DNA of 64,000 nt, taken from assembly GCF_963921235.1 (NCBI RefSeq), contig NC_086108.1, forward strand, positions 71,054,001 to 71,118,000. Reading direction: 5' to 3'. Below, piece after piece: positions 10,683 to 24,154 of the stretch. Below the pieces are notes generated by a model. That model saw nothing but the letters and a program-made list of their open reading frames with translations, was not told the DNA's origin and made no database searches. This DNA is from Mobula hypostoma. Taxonomy: Eukaryota. The first letter of the stretch is position 1. Each line of letters begins with the position of its first letter. The position numbers and the translations under genes are program-made.

Positions 10683-13452
10683 TAACCATATAACAATTAC
10701 AGCATGGAAACAGGCCATATTAGCCCTTCTAGTCCGAGCCGAACTTTTACTCTCACCTAGTCCCACCGACCTGCACTCAGCCCATAACCCTCCATTCCTT
10801 TCCTGTCCATATAGCTGTCCCATTTAACTTTAAATGACAACATCGAACCTGCTTCAACCACTTCTGCTGGAAGCTCATTCCACACAGCTACTACTCTCCG
10901 AGTAAAGAAGTTCCCTTTTTAATCATTTTACTACTTCAATATTAATACCTAACGCTTGAATCTTCCTAACTAACCTTCCATGTGGAACCTTGTCAAAGCC
11001 CTTACTGAAGTCCATATAGACAACATCCACTGCTTTACCCTCGTCAGCTTTCTAAGTAACCCCTTCAAAGAATTCAATAAGATTTGTCAAACATGACCTT
11101 CCACGCACAAATCCATGTTGACTGTTCCTAATCAGACCCTGTCTATCCAGATAATTATATATACCATCTCTAAGAATACTCTCCATCAATTTACCCACCA
11201 CTGATGTCAAACTCACAGGCCGATAATTGTTAGGTTTACTCTTAGAACCCTTTTTAAACAATGGAACAACATAAGCAATACGCCAATCCTCTGGCACCAT
11301 CCCTGTTTCTAATGACATTTGAAATATTTCTGTCAGAGCCCCTGCTACTTCCACACTAACTACCCTCAAGGTCCTAGGGAATATCCTGTCGGGACCCGGA
11401 GACCATTCTACTTTTATATTCCTTAAACGCGCCAGTACTTCCTCTTCTTTAATCATCATAGTTTCCAAAACCTCCCTACCTGTTTCCCTTATCTTACACA
11501 ATTCAATATCCTTCTCCTTAGTGAATACCGAAGAAAAGAAATTGTTCAGAATCTCCCCCATCTCTTTTGGCTCCACGTGTAGCTGTCCACTCTGATTCTC
11601 TAAGGAACCAATTTTATCCCTCACTATCCTTTTGCTATTAATATAACTGTAGAAACCCTTGGGGTTTATTTTCACCTTACTTGCCAAAGCAACCTCATAT
11701 CTTCTTTTAGCTTTTCTAATTTCATTCTTAAGATTCTTTTTACATTCTTTATATTCCTCAAGCACCTCAGTTACTCCATGGTGCCTACATTTATTGTAGA
11801 TATCTCTCTCTTTCCAAACCAAGTTTCCAATACCCCTTGAAAACCATGGCTCTCTCAAACTTTTAACCTTTCCTTTCAACCTAACAGGAACATAAAGATT
11901 CTGTACCCTCAAAATTTCACCTTTAAATGACCTCCATTTCTCTTTTACATCCTTCCCATGAAACAACTTGTCCCAATCCACTCCTTCTAAATCCTTTCGC
12001 ATCACCTCAAAGTTAGCCTTTCTCCAATCAAAAATCTCAACCCTGGGTCCAGACCTATCCTTCTCCATAATTATATTGAAACTAATGACATTGTGATCAG
12101 TGGACCTGAAGTGCTGCTCAACACAAACCTCCGTCACCTGACCTATCTCATTCCGTAACAGGAGATCCAACACTGCCCCTTCTCTAGTTGGTACCTCTAT
12201 GTATTGCTGCAAAAAACTATCCTGTCCATATTTTACAATCTCCAAACCATCCAGCCCTTTTACAGTATGGTCTTCCCAGTCTATGTGTGGAAAATTAAAA
12301 TCTCCCACAATCACAACCTTGTACTTACTACAAATATCTGCTATCTCCCTACAAATTTGCTCCTCCAATTCTCGCTCCCCATTTGCTGGTCTATAATACA
12401 CCCCCATAAGTGTTACTACACCTTTCCCATTCCTCAATTCCACCCAAATAGCCTCTCTAGACGAGCCCTCTAATCTATCCTGCCAGAGCACCACTGTAAT
12501 ATTTTCTCTGACAAGCAATGCAACACCTCCCCCTCTTGTTTCTCCGATTCTATCACACCTGAAGCAATGAAATCCAGGAATATTTAGTTGCCAATCACAC
12601 CCCTCCTGTAACCATGTTTCACTAATAGCTACCACATCATACTTCCAGGTATCAATCCATGCTTTAAGCTCATCCACCTTTCTTGTAATGCTCCTAGCAT
12701 TAAAATAAATGCTTTAAAGAAATTTTCTACCTCTTACTCTTAATGTTTTATCACTAGTGGTGCAAACAACTTTACTATTTTCTTTTTCTTCCTTCTCCCC
12801 TACATCTGTTCCTACGCTCTGGTTCCCCTCCTCCCTTGTATCTAGTTTAAATCCACTGGAGCCTCTCTATACCTGCAAGAATATTTGTTCCCTTCCAGTT
12901 CAGATGTAAACCGTCCCGCTGGAACAGGTCACACCTTCCCTTTAAAACTGCCGAATTATCTATAAATCTGAAGCCTCCCTCCTGCACCATGTCTTCAGCC
13001 ATGTGTTGATCTGCGCTATCTTACTATTTCTAAACCCCCCTGCACGTGGCACTGGTAGCAATCCTGAGTTTGCTATCCTAGAGGTCCTGTCCTTTAACTT
13101 GGCACCTAACTCCCTAAACTCACCTTTCAGGACCTCCTCACTCTTTCTACCCACGTCATTGGTCCCTACATGGACCACAACATCCGGCTGCTCACCTTCC
13201 CTCTTGAGAATACCGAGAACCCGATCTGAGATATCGTGGACCTTGCAACCAGGGAGGCAACAGACCATCCGGGATTCTTGATCTCTTCCACAGAACCTCT
13301 TATCTGTCCCCTTAACTATCGAATCCCCTATCACTACTGCTCTCCTCTTTTCCCTCCTTCTCTTCTGAGCTGAGGGTCCTGTCGCGGTGCCAGAGACGCA
13401 ATCGCTGCAACTTGACCCTGGTAGGTCGTCCCCATCAACAGTATCCAAAATG
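10683..13452 (-). mobile_element. CR1 LINE with ORF1 esterase and APE endonuclease, RT core deleted
   Basis: ORF 12960..13448 has SGNH esterase motifs (GDSIV, HVGTND); ORF 11052..12677 has APE motifs (ISETW, GDFN, DH) and the RT N-terminus; joins the 3' end at ~10915. Confidence 0.93.
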
Positions 13453-13732
13453 ATTCATACACAAGCATTCCCAAGTCCTTCTGCACAGTTTCTGAAGTTT
13501 CAGAATGTGATTGTTTATGAACATTTATATATATATTCCAAAATCCGGTAGGGTTGCCCAGATTACACAACGTTATTTCTTGTCTAATTTTTACAGGTCT
13601 TGTTCTGATGTTTTTTGTTTTAAAACAATTTTGTTTTCCTTGGTGTGCAAAAATGTGATAAATTTTCATTACTTCTATTTTCAAATATAAAAGCTTTATT
13701 TTCACCTAAGCTTTTTTTCTCTTTTTTTTTAG

Positions 13733-13867
13733 ACAAGTCAGTGTATGTGGCTGATGCAGGCACTGGGATTCCTGCTCTCTGCTCTTCAGGTGGAGGAAAT
13801 CCTTAGGAACCTGCACTCCCTCATCAGCCCTTACATCCAGCAACTGGAGAAACTTGCTGAAGAGCCG
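13733..13867 (+). CDS. IPO13: Importin-13 exon: TSQCMWLMQALGFLLSALQVEEILRNLHSLISPYIQQLEKLAEEP
   Basis: Long T tract + AG; GTATGT donor; 135 nt, phase 0-0. Confidence 0.97.
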
Positions 13868-14974
13868 GTATGTACAATGAAAAGCCAGCATCTTTACAAC
13901 AAGATGCATATAATCCTGAAACCAAGATTTCAAGATTATATGCAACTATTTTAGTTGAACTCTTGTTCGTGTCATTCCTCTAGCAGTTTTATTTTCATCT
14001 TTGATCTTTTCTTTGTAGTAAGGTGTTTTATGCAGTTTTCTTATATCCTAAATCTCAAAACATTGCTTCTCTATGTCAATTTCTTTAATTCTAAGAATTA
14101 TAAGTACCATAGAAATACAAGGGCATGGATAAACGACTTCTTGGCACAGTATTCATTTGTATTCAAGCACATACATTAAAAAGTTATTTGATTTTTAAAG
14201 TGTGCGATTAAATTTTGACCGCAATTTAATTATTGGCACTGATTAAAATATTTGAATTCCCTGCACCAATATGTATGCAAATAATATTTCCTGAAAGTCA
14301 ACACTTCCAATCTTAGCAAGCACTTTCAAAAGAATAAATAAATGGTTAATGTTTCCTGAAATATGATAAAATCAAAGGCAAGGAAAGCAGATTTAATCAA
14401 CTGAAACTCTTCACAGTTAATGTTCAAGATCTCTCCCTTGAGCAACCTACTGAATTTTAAACATGTCAGTTATTTTTCTTGATCACAAGTGTATGTGGTA
14501 TATTATACCAAAGATTTATCCTTCAGTAAAAATATCCTATCATTCTCATAAGACTTTTTTGCAAGTTTTATTATGTACTTCTATCTTTTTCTTTTGTATT
14601 ATTTTCAGTATAATTTAATACATAGCATTTAATTCTCTTTAAGTCATTTCTTTCTTCCTCCTCTCATTATTTAGCTTGCTGCTTGATTTTATTTTCATAG
14701 TTCAGCTACTTTTCATTGAGAAATAAGCCTAAATCGATTTTTCCACACCTTATCCAACACCTACCTAATTTTAGCACATGTACTTTCTAAAGCCTGCAAG
14801 ACTGTCTTTTTGGTGTGATTTGCGAAACACAGAGGACCATTGGATTCGAAAAAGGAAAAAGATGTGTTGAACATGTACAAATGCTGGTTAGCCACAATTG
14901 GAGTAATGTGTCCGGTTCTGGCTGCACACTTTAGAAAGAGTGCGAAGCTTTTTTACAAGAATATTATCAGGAAT

Positions 14975-15207
14975 ACTTACTTACTTTTACTTGGGCCCTT
15001 AGCTCCTAAGTGGAACATAGGCCATTGATAATCTTCCGTCTCCATCGTCCTCTGAGGTTGATGGTATGATTGGAGTTCATCAATGATTCTTGCAATCCAT
15101 TGCATCTACTGTACAGGGCTTAGGGCTTTGGCCTTTACAGCTTCACCACAGCTCTTTTCCATCTCTCACAACGGGGATGTAGGGTTGGACTTCTGAGAGG
15201 CATTTTT
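14975..15207 (-). mobile_element. RTE-clade 3' fragment inserted in an old CR1 remnant
   Basis: Minus strand ends GGCCTATGTTCCAC...AAGTAAGTAAGT, an RTE-type tail; possible AGGAAT TSD (14969-14974 / 15208-15213). Confidence 0.6.
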
Positions 15208-15572
15208 AGGAATGAGCATCTATAAAGATGGGGAAGTTGAGATTGTTGTCTTGGAGCATAGAAAACCTTGAAAAGACTTAGTAAGGAATGTACAAGTTTG
15301 TGATTGGTGTAGGTCTGGTAAATAAAGGGAAGCTATTCTCATTGGTTAATTGTGTGACGGCACACAAGAGAAAACTTTTCTGAGGAATGGTTAGGAACTA
15401 AAATTCAATATGTGTAAAGGTAGTGGAAATGCAGTCAGTTAATGCTTCAAAAGGGAGTTGATTAGTGTGATGAGACAGATGGGAAGCTGGAATTTCTAAT
15501 ACCTGAAATTAGATACTATTAGTTAGATATCTGAAATAAAAACTGACTAAAATCTCAGAATGCTTAGCTGAA

Positions 15573-15665
15573 CTGATGATAAGGCTTGAACCTGAAATGT
15601 TAACAGGTTCTGTCTCTAAAGAGGTTGCCTGCCTTCCTGAGTATTTTCAGCATTCCAGCATTTTT
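15573..15665 (+). mobile_element. Old Penelope-type terminal-repeat remnant with a hammerhead-like core
   Basis: CTGATGA-taAGGcttgaaCCT-GAAA-tgtta, followed by the gctgcctg..ctgagtatttccagca-type tail. Confidence 0.55.
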
Positions 15666-15855
15666 GAGACTGATGGGGATGCTCTTCTAGGAGCTGACAT
15701 GGACCTAATGGTGATCAGATAAGAAAACGGTGCCCTATCCATTACACTACGCTACCGTGCTGTCCCAAATGATTTCATTTATTTTTTACTTGAATGTACT
15801 GCATGGGCTGGAAAGGCCTGTTCTGCGCTGTATTTCTAAATCGAAAAAAAAATTT

Positions 15856-16110
15856 GGGATGACGCGGTAGTGTTGTGGTTAGCCCTGTGTTTTACAGTAT
15901 CAGCGACTCGGATTCAGTTCCCGTTGCTGTCTGTAAGGAGTTTGTATGTTCTCCCCATGACAGCGTGGGTGCCCTCCCACAATCCAAAGACGTACCAGTT
16001 GGTTGGTTAATTGGTCATTGTAAATTGTCCTGTGATTAGGCTAGGGTTGCTCGGTGGTGCAGCTCAAAGGGCCAGAAGGATCTATTCTGCACTGTATCTC
16101 CATAAATAAA
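15856..16110 (+). mobile_element. V-SINE (HE1-like tRNA SINE with a CR1-like tail)
   Basis: tRNA-like head; V-domain GTCTGTAAGGAGTTTGTATGTTCTCCCC...CTCCCACAATCCAAAGAC; tail GGGCCAGAAGG...CTGTATCTC. Confidence 0.85.
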
Positions 16111-19100
16111 CAAAACATCTTTAAAACCTTAACGCCTCATCAATATTACTTTTTGAATTATGTTTCCCAGTATATTATCAGTCCAGACATTAAAATTCAA
16201 AAGTCTTGTTGCTGCTTTCTGATCCTCATCTGTGTTTCTCATTAATTCCACTTTTCAAATTGCTGTATTTTATCCACAGAAGGTATTACATAATTGTCTA
16301 AATGCTGATTATCTGCCAGTCTCTATGCTTTCTTTTCCCACATCCATTTTAAAATTGGATATCTTCATCACTTCTTAGAAGACTGGTAATAAATTTTACC
16401 TTTGGTGCTGATCTTAGTGTCCAAATAAGCCAACACGATTTAAAAAAAAATTAACTCCTTATTCCTTTTTGATCTCTATGCAGACTTTAAGGACTTTGCA
16501 ATATTTTGTATTTATCAGTCTTAAATTTATCCTCTGCAATTTCTTTTCAATTTCCTTTACTCCCTGTTATAATCAGAAGTCTGGCAGGCTTATATTTAGC
16601 TTTAAGTCATTGAACATATTAGATGAGACATAAAAACTCTTTACCCAAGTGAAATCATATGTCAGGTGACCCATGATTCAGATTTTTAATGAAACTGGAT
16701 TCACATACGATTTCTTTTTGGCAGCTTATAGTTTATAATGAAGTATTCCATGTAGACCTCCAAGGTCTCTTACAAGTTCTTGCAGTTGGCACCCTAAAAT
16801 TCTCCAATCCATTTACAAAGTCACAGAACATTTTTAATGTTATCAAAAAATAAATTTGTCTCCCTGTCTTCCCTTTCTATGTTCATGCTCTTTATGTTTT
16901 ATTAAAAGCCATAATTAATATAATACTTTAAAGTAGTGGCTTTTAAAGTGGGGATTTGCAACTGGGTATTTAGAATAAAATCCATTAAATAGGTTCGGAG
17001 AAGATCAGTAATACGTGGCGCAATGAGTACAAGTAATAAGTAGGAGCAATGTGCAAGGGAGAACAAAGAAAAAGTAAGGTTGGGGAACTGCATGCCCTGT
17101 GTAAAACTTGGTTGTGCTCAATACACAACAAAAATGATATGTGATATTGAAATAAACATGAAGGATCATTTTTTTAATAACACTGCCTTTTAAGGTTTAA
17201 CCAAAGTGGTTTAGTTATATCTCCGGTTAGATTTATAGTTGATTTTTTTATTGTTATCGAGTCACATGGGTGAATGAATTGGTTAAGGTCGGTCACCGGA
17301 AAAAAAATTTATAACTAGTTCTTTAAGCAGTGTTATTTTATTCATTGTTAATTGACTATTGAACTGGTCATACCATTTTTTAAACATGAGTACTATATTT
17401 TCTTCTAATACTGCAGAGCTAAAAAGATACTTCCATAAAAATATATAAAGAAACTCACTGACTTTCTCCAAATTATTTCCAAATTATTCTAGGATGATAT
17501 AATTAAGGTAGAATAATTTGTTAATTTTTAGTCCTGTTAGCTGCTTCAGAATTCATCCTATTGACTCTAAAATCTTCTAAGATATTGACAACTTAAAAAT
17601 AGTGTGGCAAATAGCAAATTTCTAACCAATGAATAATGAATATTCTGTCACAATGGTTATTACCTGAGTTAAAGTCTTGTACTTGTGAAAGCACCTTTAA
17701 TGTAGTGCAATGGTTTAAAATGATTCACTAAAGCATTCCTGAACAAAGTTTGCACTGTCTTTGTGAAGAGATTGGCTTTAAAATAAATCTTGCAGGAAGA
17801 AAAGCCGAAGGAGATGTGGTGAATTTTGTTTGGTTTTGGGCTGATGTTGGAAGGAGTTACTGAAATTCAAAGCCTGAGAAGCTTAAGACAAAGCAAGTAA
17901 TGGTGGAGTGATTAAAATGATGACTGCTTACAATTTTGAAATTGGATAAGTACAAATATCTTTGGAGGCGATCTTTATAAAGCCACCTTCAAATTGTAAA
18001 ATCCAGCTTGCTTAATATCTCCCTCCTAATGGACGAATTTTAGTATTGGGATTAGCAGGTTTTTCATTACTCTTTTCCCTAATTCATTTTGGTACATTTT
18101 TACGCTCCTAAACTGTAGTTAATTCCTGTCTTCCAGGAGGTTTCGCTACATTACTTTTTAATTTTCATTTTCTTATTGATCCATTTTGGTTTATTTGGAT
18201 TTCTATTTTGCAAATTTTATCTTGCATTCTACAGAACTCTTGTGACCCACTGGTTTAATAAGCTAAAGTCTATGTAATCAGAAAATATAACAACAGTTTT
18301 TAAATTGGAGGAGAAAATGTTTTCACTGGCTGCTTTATCATTAACTGGAGGCCATAGAAATAAAATAAATTTCAACAGATTGGAGGGGAAGGCAAGGATG
18401 ATAAAAAAAAATCTTAATGCGTTTCCTGAAAGGATGCCAGTAGTGGATTCATTTGTATTTTTCAAAAGAACTCCAGTATGTAATTCGATGGGTGGGGGTT
18501 ACAAAGCTATAGGGGAAAAATATGGATAATTAAGAATTGCATAGAGTAAAATGGCTGAGTATGCTCCTTATGTATATGAGTCAGTCTGCAGTCAACTTGA
18601 GAACTTTTGTCCTCTTTTGACCCATAAAAAGCTCTGTTCTGTTAAAGGCTAGAAAATATCTAAGAACAAATTTATTTCCAGATTGTTGCATTGAGTATTC
18701 ATGGCCTCAATTTTCATAGTTTGCTTGCTACCCTTTATTCAAACAGTACCTTTGCATTGCAGTAGTGACTGTGCTGTATCTTGTGTTTTCCATTTGTTAA
18801 GTTGCTGTATCTTCCATTCACTCAGTCCTTTAGCAAAATAAAAAACATTTTTATTTAAGATGGTATTCCATTGTTGCTGTCTTGCAGTTCCTCCTTGCTA
18901 TCATGCATACTCTGTCCAACCTGGATGTATGGTTATCCTGTCTAACTTGCCAAACTGTTGAATGCTCTTCCTCTACTTAATTTCATTTTCTGCAGGCTTC
19001 AAGTCATTTATGACTTTTAAAATTCCTCCTTAACAGAATATGGATTTTTATTTAATTCGTGATCCTTGGGTTTAAGTTCTAAACTATCAATTACCTGTCC

Positions 19101-19989
19101 ATTTTGCCCACTAGAATTCTGCTTCTTTGTCTTATGGTCTAGAATTGAGTGAAAACTGAAGAAAATGGAAGGTAATATGAGAAATGTATGTGTGCTTTGA
19201 GGACCCGATCAAGTTGTATTTAGTAACTTTACAACCTTAAACTGTCCTTTTAAATGTTCCTAAAAATATTATGCAGTTAAAATTAATTGTTACTACTTAA
19301 ATTTAAACTTAAATTGCTTCCAAATTGAGGCTACTGTAAAATGAAGCTGAAATTCAAAAAGTGCGCGTATAATTGTTCATTTAAAACTTAGTCTCAAGTG
19401 TTTTGTATGTCTCAAATATTTCATATTTTGCAATCAAATTGCAGTGATTATTATCCGGAAAAATGCCCTAACTATTTTGTGGTAAACAGAATCAATCAAA
19501 ATTGGTTAACCAATTTGCAGGACATTGAGGAAATAGGTTTTTTTGTAGTCAAACAATGTCTTGAAATCTACAACTGGACATGCCTTTTAACATATCTCTG
19601 TAACAAGCCAGCACTATCTTTTTTCTGGATTAAAGTATCAGGATGGATTCTGCTCAGTGTGACTGAAAACTATATTCTGATTTAGCAGAAAATAGCCTAT
19701 GCAGTATCAGTAGAGAGAATAAACAAGTTATGTCAGCTGTTGTGTGATCACAGCATGATTTTTGTGGACAGTTGCTTCTGTATCAGATATGAAGTATTTT
19801 TTCCACAAGTGGTACATCCTGGATTTGGATACTGTGCAGGCAAAAATCTTAATGTCATGACCGATGGTGCAGAGTTCTATAATAGCGAATGTATTCTGTA
19901 CATTGTTATTGATGCTGTACTTAATATGTGCATGAAACGTGATTGAACTTGTACTTGTATTTTCTATGCATTAGATAGTTGGATGTATG

Positions 19990-20270
19990 GCTTATAACTT
20001 CACTCATCCCAACACTGAACTGACTCACTCTTAAGGACATTACAACTCGTGTTCTCAATATTTATTGCTTATTTACTATATTTATTATTGTATTTGTATT
20101 TTTGTTGTCTTTTACACATCGGTTGTTTGCCTGTCTGTGTCATGGGCGGTTTTTCATTGACTCTATTGTGTTTTGTTTGTATCTGCTGTGAGTGTTCACA
20201 AGGAAATGAATCTCAGGGTAGTATATAGTGACTATACTGTATATACTTTGATAAAGAAATTTACTTTCAA
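19990..20270 (+). mobile_element. Rex/Babar 3' UTR fragment
   Basis: Same 3' UTR as 9290-9604 and 44245-44435 (GAAAATGAATCTCAGGGTAGTATA...TACTTTGATAA). Confidence 0.75.
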
Positions 20271-23200
20271 CGTAGTTCAACTGCTTTGAATACTTGATGT
20301 AAATTTATGTCAATAAGCCTTGCTGTCTCTGCTTCTGATAGGGTCTTTGCTTTATTTTCAATTCTGCTTATGAAAATATAGCCTTTGTTAAAGTATCTTG
20401 TCATGCAATTGCATGCTTTCAAGTTCAAACGAATACTTCTGCCAGCCAGCTTCAAGAAAGCTTGGTAGGCTCCTCATCTTTTCAAATAATTTTAACTATT
20501 ATGTTGCTCTAACACAGGTCACTTGCTGATAAGTACCCAGCTAATAGGGTTTAATTGCAAGTATCTTGTAACTGCTTTGGTGAAATTTTGTTTTGATGTG
20601 CTGGGAAAATTAAAAAGAATTACTACCCACAGCTCCAGTGTCCTGGGTTCAGCCTTGACCTGCTGGACCTGCTGTGTGATCTATGTGGAGTTTGTACTTT
20701 CTCTCTGTAACTGCATTGGTGTTCCATTTTCCTCCCATGTGTCAATGCTCAGCGCCATGTTGGTGGGCAGAAGAACTTGTTTCTGTGCTTTGAGTTTAAT
20801 TCTACTAGGTTCCCATTGAACCTGCAAACTGGATTTCGATCATCACTTTCTTGAAATCTGTTATTGTTATAATACTCAGTAATTTCTGATGTCAGTTTGA
20901 TCTAATTAATTTTCATAAATTACAAACAAAGTAACTTGAATTGCTTTTATTGTTGTTCATTTGTAGATGTGTATTTAGAAAATTATTTATTCAGATTGCA
21001 AAATCAATTATGTTTGTTGGTTAAAACTTAAATTAATTATGAGTGATTTTTGGATGTTTTTAAGCAAGTGTGCAGGAGGAAGTAGAAGAGATTATTGGCG
21101 CTGTGGTGCGATTTTAATGTTCTATGTTCATTTAGAGGAAATACTGACTCAACAATGAATAAGTTCAAGTTCCAGTTTAATTGCCATTCAAACAGATACA
21201 AGAATATGGCCAAGTGAAACAGTGTTCTTTTGGAGCCAAGGTGCAAAAACACAATACCAACAGTTAAATACAGCACATATAATTATGATAACCGAAAAAC
21301 ATAATTACAAGAAATAATAATACAGCCCATCCCTGAGTATTATGTCTGTAGATGATTGTGCATGGATGTTGTCTTAGAGCCACATTTCTGCAAGAACAAG
21401 TAAATGTCGTAGACCATTCTGTGACAGCTTTAGTATTCCTAGCATTGAGAAAGTACTGAGCTGTTGTTGGTTAGATTTTCTAATGCACAGTGAGCAGTTG
21501 CTCCAGAATTTGATGCTAATATTCCCTAGAAACTGGGCATTCCAACAGCAAAAGTTAAAGCACTGTCACTGCAGCTCACCACATTCATTTCCCGAGGGGC
21601 AGTGCTGGTGTGCTGAGGTCTTGGTCATTAATAGACAGTGGAAGACCAACAGAGTGGAAAAGTCTCCAAATTCTGGATGTGTTGTTACCCTCTAGAAGAT
21701 TAGTGAGTGATAATTTTGAATAAACTGTCAATTGCTCTTTTACAGTAAATGGTATTGTTGCTGGCCCCACTGCATCTGTTAGAATCATAGGCTCCCGTAT
21801 AATATAAACCAGATCTCTATGCAAGATCTTCACAGAACCTCCCTTTATGTATATTAACGAAATTGTGACATTGTTTGGTTCATCTATAAGTCAAGTCACT
21901 TTCTGTTGTCATTTCAACCGTAACTGCTGGTACAATACACGGTAAAAACGAGACAACGTTTTTCAGGACCATGGTGCTACATGAAACAATACAAAAACTC
22001 CACTGAACTACGTAAAACAACACAAAACTACACTAGACTACAGACCTACCCAGGTCTGCATAAAGTGCACATTAGTTCGCTGCATTCCACAGAAGAATGT
22101 TAAATTTGACACAAGACTTTTGGTACAATGGTACCTCTTCTGTGCATACTGATCCAAGGTAAATATATACACATTGTCCACTTAAGTGAGTCCTTTACTC
22201 AAGTTTAGCAAGAGGGAGTGGAATTGCTTTAGGACATGTTTCATGTTTTGAATGGGTATTAGGGACAGAGTATGTGCTACAGTTGATATGCCCAAGGCAG
22301 GGTAAAAATGCATCCTTTTTAGAGTGAGCTGTTGCTGCTTACTGACATTTCAAAAGTTGCAGGCTTGACTTAAAATGTTAACTTTCGTTTGCCACTTGAA
22401 GACAAATTGCAAGTCTCAGGGTAAGTTAACGGGGAAAAAAATTAGTGGCAAAATTTATCCCCTTTGACATCTGATAAAGTTGCAGGTATTAATAGTACCA
22501 GCTATTAAGGCGATTCAGGAGTGGAATTAGCCAGAGGCCTGGAAAGGTTCTCTGCTCAGCTAGGCGTTGTGATTCTGATGGCAGTTGAACATGGACTGGG
22601 GAACCTGGCCTCCAAACCAGTTCAAATCTGTGGCAAGTAAAACAAATAAATGAAAGAAAGTGGCTGCTGGGAGGGAGGTAGTAGTTGCACTTTTTATAAT
22701 TATTGGTTGAAATGGCTTTCATTTATTTTAGTGCTTTTAAACTTTTTGAAAAAGTTCACAGGCTTTCAATAACATTGATAGTTTTGACAATGAGTGAATT
22801 TAGTGGCAGCTCCCTCCGGCTGTCAAAACCATCCTATGACATCAGCAAACTGTCTGCTGGGTATGCCTTGGCCTCTGCTGAATAAACTGCAGTTCAGGAC
22901 AGGCGCAGGGGGAAATCTTTTGCATAATTATAAATTGTAAATGGCTGAAGACCCAGGATAATCCATGGGGCCTTCCAATAGTAATAATATGCCAACCTTA
23001 AGCTGATCCATTTCTATTCTTTCCTTTAGCATTACATAAATGAATAGTTAATTTTGTGCAAGGGAGAAATGCTTTGAGATTTGTCAGTTGTGGTATTGAG
23101 ATCATTGGGAGTACCAGTTTGAAAGTTGGGGAGACCACAGGATCGTTAGGGAAAGTCGAGTCATAAAATGATGGATGTTAGAATTAGGACCAGGGGAAAT

Positions 23201-23789
23201 GTTGTAGGGAGATGGTGGGAGCCACTGTTGGGGTTAAGCACTACTGACATTGGTTCCCAGTACCAGACTAAATCTACAAGGAGCTACTCAGTAAGTTAAC
23301 TCCTATGAAGACCCGACTCTACGTGCCTGCCCCCCATGTCATTCAAATGCGTGCCTGTAAGTAAGAGGGCATGTATGAAATTTATGAAAGTTGCACCCAG
23401 ATATGCGATGCATGCTATTGAATGTAACTATGGATGTCTGAGTTCCTAATGCATTGATGTATTTGTTCAACATGTATTTGGTAGATTGAGAAGGAAAGTC
23501 AATGTAATGTGGCACAGCATAAACTTGAACTACTTTACCTTATTGCACAGACTGAGTTTCTAGGCCAAGGACTTTATGAATGCTTTTGATAAAGTATTAC
23601 ATGGAGACTGAGTGCAGAAAAAGGAATGAGGAACTTTAGAAATTATAACAAAGCATTTATTGCCATTTCAGAGTTAGGTGAGTTTTACAGTGTGGTTGAG
23701 AGGATTGGAGATGATTGCTTATCTGGCTGTGTTAGATAGAGTTGTTTAGGCGTAATGGTGGCTCCAAAAATAAAAGTAAAAATAAAGTA

Positions 23790-24150
23790 AGACTTGAGAC
23801 CTGAGTTGTAGGGAAAGATTGAACAGGTTTGGACTTTATTCCCTGAGGCACAGGAGAATGAGGGGACATTTGATGGAGCTATACAGAATTATGAGGGATA
23901 TAGACAACAGTAAATACAAGCAGGCTTTTCACTGAGGTTGGGTGAGAATAGGACTAGAAACCATGTTAAGGGTGAAAGACAAAATTTTAAGGAGAACCTG
24001 AGGTTGGATGCCAGTGGATGGGTGGATGCAGGTTTGATTTCAACATTTGAGAGAAATTTGGGTAAGTACGTGGATAGTTGCGGTCTGGGGAGCTAGGGTC
24101 CAGTTTCAGGTTGATAGGACAAGGCAGAATAACAGTTTAGGATGGACTGT
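23790..24150 (+). mobile_element. CR1 3' fragment
   Basis: Degenerate LGLYSL..RRMRG.L.E.Y.IMRG.D motif and CR1 3' UTR. Confidence 0.75.
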
Positions 24151-24154
24151 TTCT

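Noticed and set aside
11052..12677. 541-aa ORF as a host or domesticated gene
   Set aside because: It is CR1 ORF2 (APE plus RT N-terminus) inside an element with ORF1 and a 3' tail; it ends at a premature stop and the RT core is deleted.
16100..19980. Hidden gene or snoRNA in the long AT-rich intron stretch
   Set aside because: Only short low-complexity ORFs; I could not find a convincing C/D or H/ACA box pair with terminal stems, or an exon chain on either strand. A covariance-model search would be needed to exclude one.
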